From: an uncultured Alphaproteobacteria bacterium
GTDB taxonomy: Bacteria > Pseudomonadota > Alphaproteobacteria > HIMB59 > GCA-002718135
Assembly (NCBI GenBank): GCA_902515745.1
Contig: CABXWB010000005.1
Span: 21,303-85,302, forward strand
Reading direction: 5' to 3'
Length of the DNA stretch: 64,000 bases
In this document: positions 29,542-37,718 of the stretch, one piece after another
How positions within the stretch are numbered: the stretch's first letter is position 1
Layout of the letters: each line of letters opens with the position of its first letter
Translations under genes and position numbers: made by a program
Notes under the pieces: model-generated
The model's database searches: none
What the model was told of the DNA's origin: nothing
What the model saw: only the letters and a program-made list of their open reading frames with translations

Positions 29542-30594
29542 ATGGAAATTACAATTCTAATTTTTTTATTTGGTGGTCTTTTTTTAGGTTGGTCACTTGG
29601 TGCCAATGATGCAGCAAATGTTTTTGGGACTGCTGTTGGGACGCGAATGGTTGGTTTCACAACTGCAGCAATAATTTGTAGTGTCTTTGTTATTCTAGGT
29701 GCAATTATTAGCGGAGCAGGTACAACAGAAACTTTAGGAAAGTTAGGTGCTATTAATGCATTGCCTGGTGCTTTTGCAGCATGTGTGGCTGCGGGAATAT
29801 CTGTTTATTTAATGACCAAAGTTGGCTTGCCTGTTTCAACAACGCAAGCGATTGTTGGAGCAATTGTTGGTTGGAATTTATACACGGGATCTTCAACTAA
29901 TCTTCAAGTTTTAATTACTATTTTAGGAACATGGATACTCTGTCCTATTATTGCAGGAGTTATTGCAATGGGTTTATTTACTTTTACAAAAAAAGTTATA
30001 CTCAATAGAAAGTTACATATTCTCAGACTTGATGCCTATACAAGAACAGCTTTACTTTTAGCAGGTGCTTTTGGTGCTTATAGTTTAGGTGCAAACAATA
30101 TTGCTAATGTAATGGGTGTCTTCGTACCTATATCACCGTTTACTGATGTTACTATTGGAAATTTATTTGTCTTTTCCTCAAAAGAACAATTATTTCTTCT
30201 AGGTGGTTTAGCAATAGCTGTTGGTGTTTTTACTTACTCGAAAAGAGTTATGTTTACCGTTGGTAATGATCTCTTAAAAATGACACCAGTAGCAGCATTT
30301 ATTGTTGTTATATCACATTCTATTGTTTTATTTTTATTTGCATCCCAGGGTATAAGTGCTTTTTTACAATCTATAAATCTTCCCTCTATACCTTTGGTAC
30401 CAGTATCAAGTTCCCAAGCTGTTGTCGGCGGCGTAATTGGAATTGGTCTTTTAAAAGGAGGAAAAGAGGTTCAATGGTCAATTGCGGGTAGAATTTCTTT
30501 GGGTTGGATGACGCTACCTATAATTGCAGCTTTAATTTCTTTAATTGTTTTATTTATTCTAGAAAATATTTTTAATTTAACGGTCTCTTTTTAA
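29542..30594 (+). CDS. pit: Inorganic phosphate transporter, PiT family
   Basis: 350 aa. It has duplicated PHO4 signatures GANDAANVFGTAVG and GANNIANVMG, plus PVSTTQAIVGAIVG. Confidence 0.92.
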   Translation: MEITILIFLFGGLFLGWSLGANDAANVFGTAVGTRMVGFTTAAIICSVFVILGAIISGAGTTETLGKLGAINALPGAFAACVAAGISVYLMTKVGLPVSTTQAIVGAIVGWNLYTGSSTNLQVLITILGTWILCPIIAGVIAMGLFTFTKKVILNRKLHILRLDAYTRTALLLAGAFGAYSLGANNIANVMGVFVPISPFTDVTIGNLFVFSSKEQLFLLGGLAIAVGVFTYSKRVMFTVGNDLLKMTPVAAFIVVISHSIVLFLFASQGISAFLQSINLPSIPLVPVSSSQAVVGGVIGIGLLKGGKEVQWSIAGRISLGWMTLPIIAALISLIVLFILENIFNLTVSF

Positions 30595-31115
30595 TTAACT
30601 GCTCGATAAGAAAAAATAAAATCTTCCTGGATTTTTGACTCAATAGCTCCTTTTCTTCTTGATCGTACTAGATCAATAGCTTCTTGTTTTTCATAATTAA
30701 ATTCAACAAGTAAAATAGCAGCTATAGTGCCAGCTCTTCCTTTGCCTCCACGGCAATGTAAAACTATATTTTTACCATCTATCAATTCGTTCTTTAATAA
30801 AACTTTTGTTGTTTCCCATTTATATTTAAAATCTTTATCTGGTGCTCCCATGTCATAAATGGGTAAATGGTACCAATGTAATTTATGTTCATAAATATTT
30901 TTGACAAACAAAGTTTTATCACACAATTTTTCAAATTCGCTATCTTCAACAAAAGAAGTAATAGAACTACAATTATTATTTTTAAATATTTCTAATTCGT
31001 TTGCTAAAATTGTTTCTTCAAATAAACCATTAGAGTTAAGGCCTGGAAAAGAAGTTAATATAATTTTGCCTGCAAATGACTTAGAGTCAATAAAATCATA
31101 ATTGCTAAATTGCAT
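30591..31115 (-). CDS. Cys-X5-Arg phosphatase (dual-specificity/PTP-like fold)
   Basis: 174 aa. It carries the P-loop VLHCRGGKGRAGT. Confidence 0.8.
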   Translation of the reverse strand: MQFSNYDFIDSKSFAGKIILTSFPGLNSNGLFEETILANELEIFKNNNCSSITSFVEDSEFEKLCDKTLFVKNIYEHKLHWYHLPIYDMGAPDKDFKYKWETTKVLLKNELIDGKNIVLHCRGGKGRAGTIAAILLVEFNYEKQEAIDLVRSRRKGAIESKIQEDFIFSYRAVN

Positions 31116-31691
31116 TTACGCTTGTTTAGCTAAAAAAGACTGTCTTGCTTCTTCTAAATAGGAACGGAAATGTTCAACATCGGGAGTTTTTTTATCTAGA
31201 ACTTTTGCTAAATCATCAAATCTTCTAAGCTCTACTGCTTCATCCATAAAAGGTTTGCTTATGAACGCATCTGCTTCTTCTTTTGTGAAAGGACCACCTT
31301 GAACTTTTAACGAAAGTTTCGATGCTTCTGATAGACTATCATAATAACCTTCTTCAACACTTGATAAATATCTTTTTGAGTCAACATGTGCTCTAATTGG
31401 TAGAATAACATCCTCACCAAAATATTTTTTTAAAAAATCAGCACCTAAATTTTCATGATGACCATCTTTCCCTTCATGAATGGGATCACCGTCCTCATAG
31501 ATAAGGTGGCCAACATCATGCAGTAATGCTGCAGCAATTGTTGGTCCTGGTAATTTATGTTTTTCAGCAAGTTCAGCACATTGGAGTGCGTGCTCAAGTT
31601 GGGTCACATCCTCATTACCATATTGAATATCAGCACCTTTTGTTTTCAAAAGATCTAAGAGATAATCTACAATATTTTCTTCCATTCTCAT
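31116..31691 (-). CDS. phnZ: HD-domain mixed-valent di-iron oxygenase, PhnZ-like (C-P bond-cleaving 1-hydroxy-2-aminoethylphosphonate dioxygenase family)
   Basis: 191 aa. Motifs QLEHALQCA, AALLHDVGH, HHENLGADFL, RAHVDSKRYL, LSEASKLSLKVQGGPF and RRFDD align with PhnZ as I recall it. The Tyr24/Glu27 pair (DIQYGNED) is present. Confidence 0.75.
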   Translation of the reverse strand: MRMEENIVDYLLDLLKTKGADIQYGNEDVTQLEHALQCAELAEKHKLPGPTIAAALLHDVGHLIYEDGDPIHEGKDGHHENLGADFLKKYFGEDVILPIRAHVDSKRYLSSVEEGYYDSLSEASKLSLKVQGGPFTKEEADAFISKPFMDEAVELRRFDDLAKVLDKKTPDVEHFRSYLEEARQSFLAKQA

Positions 31692-31779
31692 TTATAATTA
31701 ACTTATTAGAAAATAAATTCAATTCCAACTTTAATAAGATTGATCAAATTTATAATAATATTTATTAAGTAAATATTTA

Positions 31780-32877
31780 ATGGATAAAAAATTATTAACC
31801 CCTGGGCCTCTCACGACATCGATGTCAACAAAAGAAGCTATGCTTCATGATTGGGGTTCGAGAGATACAAAATTTATTGATCTCAATGCATCAATTAGAG
31901 ATTCTCTTGTTAAATTAATAGATGGTGAAGATAAATATCAATGTGTTCCAATGCAGGGAAGTGGAACTTTTGCTGTAGAGTCGATGGTGAGCTCTCTTAC
32001 TCAAAAAGATTCTAAAATTCTGATTCTGATCAATGGTGCTTACGGACAAAGAATGAAAAAAATGTGCACATATTTAGGGAGAGATTTTATTGAATATGAA
32101 GTTGCTGAACATGAAGTACATGACATCAATAAAATTGAAGAGTTAATTGATAGCAACAACTTAACGCACGTCTTTACTGTATATTGTGAAACAACATCGG
32201 GTATTTTAAATCCTATTGAAGACATTGCAAAATTGGTTGAAGGGAAAAATTTATCGTTATTCATCGATGCAATGAGTGCCTTTGGTGCATTACCCTTAAG
32301 TTCTAAAACAATTACTTTTGATGCTGTTGCCGCTTCATCAAACAAATGCTTAGAAGGTGTGCCAGGTGTTGGTTTCATTCTTGTTAAAAATGAAGTTATT
32401 CAAAATGCAAAAGGCAATAGTCACTCACTAAGTCTAGACTTATATGATCAATGGCAAGCAATGGAAAAAAATAAACAATGGCGATTTACACCTCCTACAC
32501 ACGTATTGGCTGCATTCAATCAAGCGATTGAGGAACATAAACAACAAGGTGGGGTAGAGGGAAGAGGTAAAAGATATAAAAAAAATTGTGAAATTATTTG
32601 TAATGGAATGAAAGAGTTGGGATTTGAACAACTACTTCCTGATAATTTGCAAGCACCAATTATTATTACTTTTAAACAACCTAATGATCCTAAATTTAAC
32701 TTTGAGAAATTTTATAATGCTCTTAGTGAAAAAGATTTTTTAATTTATCCAGGAAAACTAACAGTAGCAGAAACTTTTAGAATTGGGTGTATTGGTAATT
32801 TAGATGAACAAGACATGATGGATACAATAAAAGCTGTAAAAGAAGTCGTTACTGAATTGGGATTAACATTAAACTAA
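31780..32877 (+). CDS. phnW: 2-aminoethylphosphonate:pyruvate aminotransferase PhnW
   Basis: 365 aa. It has the N-terminus LLTPGPLTTSMSTKEAMLHDWGSRD and a class V aminotransferase fold. Confidence 0.9.
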   Translation: MDKKLLTPGPLTTSMSTKEAMLHDWGSRDTKFIDLNASIRDSLVKLIDGEDKYQCVPMQGSGTFAVESMVSSLTQKDSKILILINGAYGQRMKKMCTYLGRDFIEYEVAEHEVHDINKIEELIDSNNLTHVFTVYCETTSGILNPIEDIAKLVEGKNLSLFIDAMSAFGALPLSSKTITFDAVAASSNKCLEGVPGVGFILVKNEVIQNAKGNSHSLSLDLYDQWQAMEKNKQWRFTPPTHVLAAFNQAIEEHKQQGGVEGRGKRYKKNCEIICNGMKELGFEQLLPDNLQAPIIITFKQPNDPKFNFEKFYNALSEKDFLIYPGKLTVAETFRIGCIGNLDEQDMMDTIKAVKEVVTELGLTLN

Positions 32878-32884
32878 CAAAATA

Positions 32885-33517
32885 ATGACAAAAGAAATTG
32901 AAATACCATTAGTTAAAGCAACAAATGAAAATCTTAAAGGATACGGATATTTAATCGATAGTTTTGAAAATAGTGATATTGAAATTGTTACTTGGCCAAA
33001 ACAAGGATGGCGCGAAATAGAAGAGGGAACTGGTAATGAAGGTGGAACTACCGAAGGTTCTTTTGATACATGGTGGCAAGGTGACGTGCTTTTTGGACAA
33101 AATAATGCTGTGCAACATAAAAGTGATTATGAAGTAGATGGAAAATATATACTGGGTTATGCCAATAATCCTGATCAAGAATTACAAAAAGATAAATATT
33201 CAGATCCAACAAAAATATTTCTATGGCATGCAAATTATCATCCTGATGGAGGTCAGCTTTTCTTTCCTGAAGAAAATAAACCATTTATTTGTCCTTTAGC
33301 CTTACCAACAGACGACATTGAACCAGAACATTTTAAAGCATTTTATTGTGATGGATCAAAAGGTTTGTATATTCATCCAAACATTTGGCATGAAGGGGTG
33401 TTTCCAGTTACAGAAAAACAATCGTTTCAAGGAAAACAAGGTAAAGTACATGCAAGAGTTAGCATCGACTTAAAAGAGGAATTTAATAAATATATTTATT
33501 TTAAAACTGCGATCTAA
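32885..33517 (+). CDS. Ureidoglycolate-lyase (AllA)-fold protein of unknown function
   Basis: 210 aa. It has an N-terminal PLVKATNENLKGYGYLI and a C-terminal HPDGGQLFFP...FKAFYCDGSKGLYIHPNIWHEG that parallel AllA (HPLGTQAFIP...GVNYHRNVWHHP). Its start lies 7 nt after the phnW stop. Confidence 0.6.
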   Translation: MTKEIEIPLVKATNENLKGYGYLIDSFENSDIEIVTWPKQGWREIEEGTGNEGGTTEGSFDTWWQGDVLFGQNNAVQHKSDYEVDGKYILGYANNPDQELQKDKYSDPTKIFLWHANYHPDGGQLFFPEENKPFICPLALPTDDIEPEHFKAFYCDGSKGLYIHPNIWHEGVFPVTEKQSFQGKQGKVHARVSIDLKEEFNKYIYFKTAI

Positions 33518-33537
33518 TTATAAATTTATATTTAATA

Positions 33538-34326
33538 ATGAAAATTATTCACCTTTCAGACCCCCATATTTATATAGATAAGATTCATGGCATAGATCCT
33601 GTCAGTAAATTTAAAAAAGCATTAAGTCATATAAAAAATAATCATGGTGATGCGGATTTATTTGCCATCACTGGTGATATTACAGACTTAGGTGATAAAG
33701 ATTCTTATCAGTTATTTATAAAAATAATTGATGAAGCAAATCTGCCAAAGAATTTAAATCCTCAATTAATTATAGGTAATCATGATAACAGAGACGAGTT
33801 TAAAATAAACTTTCCTAATATTGAAACCGATCCAAATGGATTTATTCAATACTTTAAGGATATAGATAATAAACGTTTAATTTTTATAGATACTAATCTG
33901 ATTAACACTCACCAAGGACATTACTGTAAAGAGAGGCAAGAATGGTTAAATAATATTTTAAGTAAGACTAATACGGATACGTACATCTTTATGCATCATA
34001 ATCCACTAGCATTAGTAAAAGAGGAAAGTGATGGAATAGGATTACAACAAAAAAAAGAGTTTCAACAAATTTTAACTAAAAATAATAAGATAATAAAACA
34101 TATTTTTTTTGGTCATCAACACATTACAAGTTCTGGTTCTTATTGTGGTATTACTTTTTCCTCCCCAAGAAGTACTTGGTCTCCTCTAATACCTAACTTT
34201 TCAAATGAATATCGTTTAGGAACGGCTAATACAGATACAAATTATAATGTTGCAATAATTCGATCAGACGCCTTAATTATTCATACAGAGGATTTTTTAA
34301 AAACAGAAGTTAATTGGTTTAAATAA
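33538..34326 (+). CDS. Calcineurin-type metallophosphoesterase (class III phosphodiesterase, CpdA/GpdQ-like)
   Basis: 262 aa. It carries the motifs HLSDPH, GDITDLG, GNHDN, MHH and GHQH. Confidence 0.8.
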   Translation: MKIIHLSDPHIYIDKIHGIDPVSKFKKALSHIKNNHGDADLFAITGDITDLGDKDSYQLFIKIIDEANLPKNLNPQLIIGNHDNRDEFKINFPNIETDPNGFIQYFKDIDNKRLIFIDTNLINTHQGHYCKERQEWLNNILSKTNTDTYIFMHHNPLALVKEESDGIGLQQKKEFQQILTKNNKIIKHIFFGHQHITSSGSYCGITFSSPRSTWSPLIPNFSNEYRLGTANTDTNYNVAIIRSDALIIHTEDFLKTEVNWFK

Positions 34327-34330
34327 AAAA

Positions 34331-35437
34331 TTATTTTTTTTCGATTACAAATATTTCATTGTTAAAATAAAGACCTTTATTTTTAGCAACAATGTTTTGA
34401 ACAATTTTTTCATAGTTTTTAGTTTTTTCTACTTTCATTACTTTTTCGTCATCCATTTGATTGACATATATGGAGGCATTCCAAGCAGAAAAAACTAATG
34501 ATGTCGCTATACCTCCGCTGATTTCTGTTGGTAGAGCTCTCAATTTACATTTAATAATTCTTTTTTCTCCAAAAGATAAACTTCTTAATAAATCTTTATC
34601 TAAATTTTTCTTAAGATAAGAAATGATACTATTCCCAAGAGAAGGAAATGGGTCCTCTTTTGGCCAAATTTTACGAATTATTTCATTAGCAGGATCTTTT
34701 CCTGAAGCATGAATAGTTAATAATTTCCCTTTTGATTTTAACGCTCTAATCATTGGTTCGATGACATATTTTGATTTCTTTTCTGCTGAAATTCTTGACC
34801 GATACGGCTGTGAAGCAATAATAAGATCAAATTTATTATCTGATTTTTTTTTGGTAGGTATTAATTCATTTACGTTAAATTCTTGATCTTCGCGGTAGAT
34901 AACCATGACTGAAGGCTCTTTATAAGTATGGTTACCTGACTTTTTATTAATTTCTATATTCCATTTTTTTTCTAAAAATTCATTTTGTTTTCTTAATTGT
35001 TGGGCAAATTCAAGAGAGGTATCTCCTTTTAATTTAATAATATTCCAATTAATTTTTTTCTGTTTAACTTCATTTTTTGATTTTAGGTTTGCGGCTTCAG
35101 CGTAGTGTAGATTTGAAATGACAAAAACCGTATTCTTATGTTCAACAAACCTGTCGGGTAATTTTTCTAAACCTAATCTTACATCTTCTATGCTTATTTC
35201 TTTTGTGCAAACTAATAGAGGTACGTTAGGCTTAGCCTCGTGGCACTGACGCATAACATTCATAAGTAAGGAGCCATCACCCATACCAGCATCAAATATT
35301 TTTATGCCAGGTTTTTGAGGTTTAATTTTATTTACGTGAGGGCGTATCGCATCAGCAATTTGATTTTTTTCATTTGTTGTTGTGACAAATAATAAGTATT
35401 TTTGTCTATTATCATAAAACCTGAAATTTTTTTTCAT
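34331..35437 (-). CDS. Hypothetical protein with a class I SAM-methyltransferase-like motif
   Basis: 368 aa. It has IKIFDAGMGDGS (motif I-like) and DLIIASQPY (motif IV-like) separated by a Lys-rich insert. I recognise no confident family. Confidence 0.4.
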   Translation of the reverse strand: MKKNFRFYDNRQKYLLFVTTTNEKNQIADAIRPHVNKIKPQKPGIKIFDAGMGDGSLLMNVMRQCHEAKPNVPLLVCTKEISIEDVRLGLEKLPDRFVEHKNTVFVISNLHYAEAANLKSKNEVKQKKINWNIIKLKGDTSLEFAQQLRKQNEFLEKKWNIEINKKSGNHTYKEPSVMVIYREDQEFNVNELIPTKKKSDNKFDLIIASQPYRSRISAEKKSKYVIEPMIRALKSKGKLLTIHASGKDPANEIIRKIWPKEDPFPSLGNSIISYLKKNLDKDLLRSLSFGEKRIIKCKLRALPTEISGGIATSLVFSAWNASIYVNQMDDEKVMKVEKTKNYEKIVQNIVAKNKGLYFNNEIFVIEKK

Positions 35438-35439
35438 TA

Positions 35440-36552
35440 CTAATAAAGTCCCATTGATTTAGCAGAAGAGATGAATGCTTCTTTATTGCCAATAAAGTTT
35501 TTACCTCGTTCCCCTAAAAACGCATCATCTACTATATTATTCCATTCTTGAACAGGAACTTTTATTTCATTTAAGTTAAGAGGAACCTCTAAAGAACGCA
35601 TAAATTCACTCAAATGATTTGCGGCATTCTCTAGGTTATCGTTAAAAATTAACTTTAGTCTTTCTTCAGCTACACTATCAATTCCAACCATACTTTTAGT
35701 AATCATGGGTAAAGTAAATGAACAAGCAATACCATGCTGAATACCGTAATTGAGTGTCACAGGGTATGATAGATTGTGCGCAATAGCAGTTTTCGTATTG
35801 GAAAACGCTAAGCCAGCATGAACGCACGCCAATGCAATGTTTGAGCGTAATACAACATTTCTTAAATCTTTAGTGAGAAGTGGTAAATTTTCTAATACTA
35901 ATTTTGATGCTTGTATTGCATGAGAAGCAGAAATTGGGTTCGCATTAATATTCCAAATACTTTCCATCGAATGGGAGAGAGCATCTAAACCAGTTGAAAT
36001 GGTCAAGCCTAAAGGCTTATCAACCATAATAGATGGATCAATAATTGCTTTTTCTGCATAAAGAGATTTGTGCGCCAAAGATAATTTATTGTTTTTTTCT
36101 TTATCCCAAATTGTGGCCCAACACGTAAGCTCACTTGATGTTCCTGAAGTTGTAGGTATTGCAATAATCTTGATTGGATTTTCGACTCTTGGACTTTTCT
36201 TATTACGAACAAAATCTGTTAGATATTCTTGTTTATCTTTAAATGCAGCAATTGCTTTAGCTGTGTCTGTAACAGAACCACCACCTATAGCTAAAATATA
36301 ATCTACCGATTCATTGATTGAAGAAAATTTATTTTGTAGCTCTAAAATATCCTTATAGTCTGGATTAGGCTGAACATCCGTCATAATGGATAGTGGTGGA
36401 TTTGAAGAAGATTTTAATTCATCGCTATATTTTTTAAATATTTCTTCTGGATGTGTGATTATGATGTAGTTCTTATTTTTAAGAGCATCATGTACTTCTT
36501 TAAATCTATTTTCTCCAAAAATAATTTCAACAGGGTTAAAATAATTCCACAT
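35440..36552 (-). CDS. Iron-containing alcohol dehydrogenase (group III ADH; size and context compatible with the phosphonoacetaldehyde reductase/HEP dehydrogenase subfamily)
   Basis: 370 aa. It has AIGGGSVTDTAK, GLDALSH and a HxxxH region (AIAHNLSYP...QHGIA). Confidence 0.8.
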   Translation of the reverse strand: MWNYFNPVEIIFGENRFKEVHDALKNKNYIIITHPEEIFKKYSDELKSSSNPPLSIMTDVQPNPDYKDILELQNKFSSINESVDYILAIGGGSVTDTAKAIAAFKDKQEYLTDFVRNKKSPRVENPIKIIAIPTTSGTSSELTCWATIWDKEKNNKLSLAHKSLYAEKAIIDPSIMVDKPLGLTISTGLDALSHSMESIWNINANPISASHAIQASKLVLENLPLLTKDLRNVVLRSNIALACVHAGLAFSNTKTAIAHNLSYPVTLNYGIQHGIACSFTLPMITKSMVGIDSVAEERLKLIFNDNLENAANHLSEFMRSLEVPLNLNEIKVPVQEWNNIVDDAFLGERGKNFIGNKEAFISSAKSMGLY

Positions 36553-36556
36553 TACA

Positions 36557-37636
36557 TTAAATTGATTTTGCCGCTTTAGTTAAAATTGTCATTTTCTCAA
36601 TTGCTTGTTCTCGCGTAAAGAAACCTAAACCACAATCTGGTGCAGCTATTAAACGGTCTTCATCAATATGTTCAAGTGAATCTTTGATACGGACTCTTAC
36701 TTCTTCAACAGACTCCATTCTACTTTTTGCAATATCAATAAATCCAAAAATTACTTTTGTTTTTGTAAATTTTTCTAAAAGATTTAAGTCATTATGTCTG
36801 TGGGAATCTTCCAAAGATACTTCATCAATAGTTGAATCATCTACAAGTGATGCAATTCTATCATAAGCATCTAGATCAGCTTTTTTATAACCTTCTGAAT
36901 CTAGTGAGTTGGGATAACCACAACAAATATGACATACACGTTGAACTTCTTTAGGAATACCATGCATCATTCTTTCTAAATTTTCCATACCATATGAATG
37001 AGCTTCATCGGGCTTTCTAGCAAATACTGGTTCATCAATTTGAATATACTGACAGCCTGCATCTACAAGTGCTTTAACTTCTTTATTAAGTGCTAATGCT
37101 AAATCAAAACCAAGTTTTTTCATGTCATCATAGTAGTTGTTCGCAATTGAATCTGTTATTGTCATTGGTCCAGGTAGGGTAATTTTAACTGGATTTTTTG
37201 TAAATTGTTGTGCGCTCTTCCAGTCTAGATGCATACGTATTTCTTTACTTGAAATCGGTGCAACAATAGTTGGAAGATCAGCTTCGAACGCACCTTGTCG
37301 TACTGACTTATGTGTAACTTCTTTAAAACTTACTCCATTTAAAAATCGACATTGATATAAGACATAACTCTCACGTCTCACTTCTCCATCTGTTGGAACA
37401 TCAATTCCCGCATTTACCTGATCAATAATAACTTCTTTAATTGCTTCTAAAAATAATTTTTCAGCATCCGCACCCGCAGACTCTAACGCTTTTTCATATG
37501 CACCAGGTGACCAATTCGATAATAATCCTTTTGACGCTTTTCTCTCTTCTTCTGATTTTGTCCCTAAAAACCAATCTTGAATCGGCGTCTGTTTTGGTTT
37601 TGGATATGCACCTATGGTAGTAGTTGTAAGAGGCAT
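36557..37636 (-). CDS. MetE C-terminal-domain-only protein (cobalamin-independent methionine synthase / alkyl-thiol transferase superfamily)
   Basis: 359 aa. It has IQIDEPVF, RVCHICCGYP (a His-x-Cys zinc motif) and APDCGLGF (the distal zinc Cys). An SD sequence GGGAGA lies upstream. Confidence 0.8.
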   Translation of the reverse strand: MPLTTTTIGAYPKPKQTPIQDWFLGTKSEEERKASKGLLSNWSPGAYEKALESAGADAEKLFLEAIKEVIIDQVNAGIDVPTDGEVRRESYVLYQCRFLNGVSFKEVTHKSVRQGAFEADLPTIVAPISSKEIRMHLDWKSAQQFTKNPVKITLPGPMTITDSIANNYYDDMKKLGFDLALALNKEVKALVDAGCQYIQIDEPVFARKPDEAHSYGMENLERMMHGIPKEVQRVCHICCGYPNSLDSEGYKKADLDAYDRIASLVDDSTIDEVSLEDSHRHNDLNLLEKFTKTKVIFGFIDIAKSRMESVEEVRVRIKDSLEHIDEDRLIAAPDCGLGFFTREQAIEKMTILTKAAKSI

Positions 37637-37660
37637 GACTTATTCTCCCAAATATCTTAA

Positions 37661-37690
37661 AATAAAACAGCGGCTTTTATAAAGCCGCTG
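37661..37690 (-). terminator. Strong intrinsic terminator/attenuator after the binding-protein gene
   Basis: The minus strand reads CAGCGGCTTT-ATA-AAAGCCGCTG (10-bp stem) followed by TTTTATTTT. It lies 28 nt after the SBP stop and about 25 nt before the metE-like ATG. Confidence 0.8.
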
Positions 37691-37718
37691 TAGTAAAAAG
37701 TTAACAATAAAGTAATCT

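Noticed and set aside
31116-37636. The locus could make phosphonates (methylphosphonate or 2-HEP) rather than degrade them.
   Set aside because: The window has no PEP mutase, phosphonopyruvate decarboxylase or bicupin MpnS/HEPD-like gene. The presence of PhnW, PhnY, PhnA and an importer points to catabolism.
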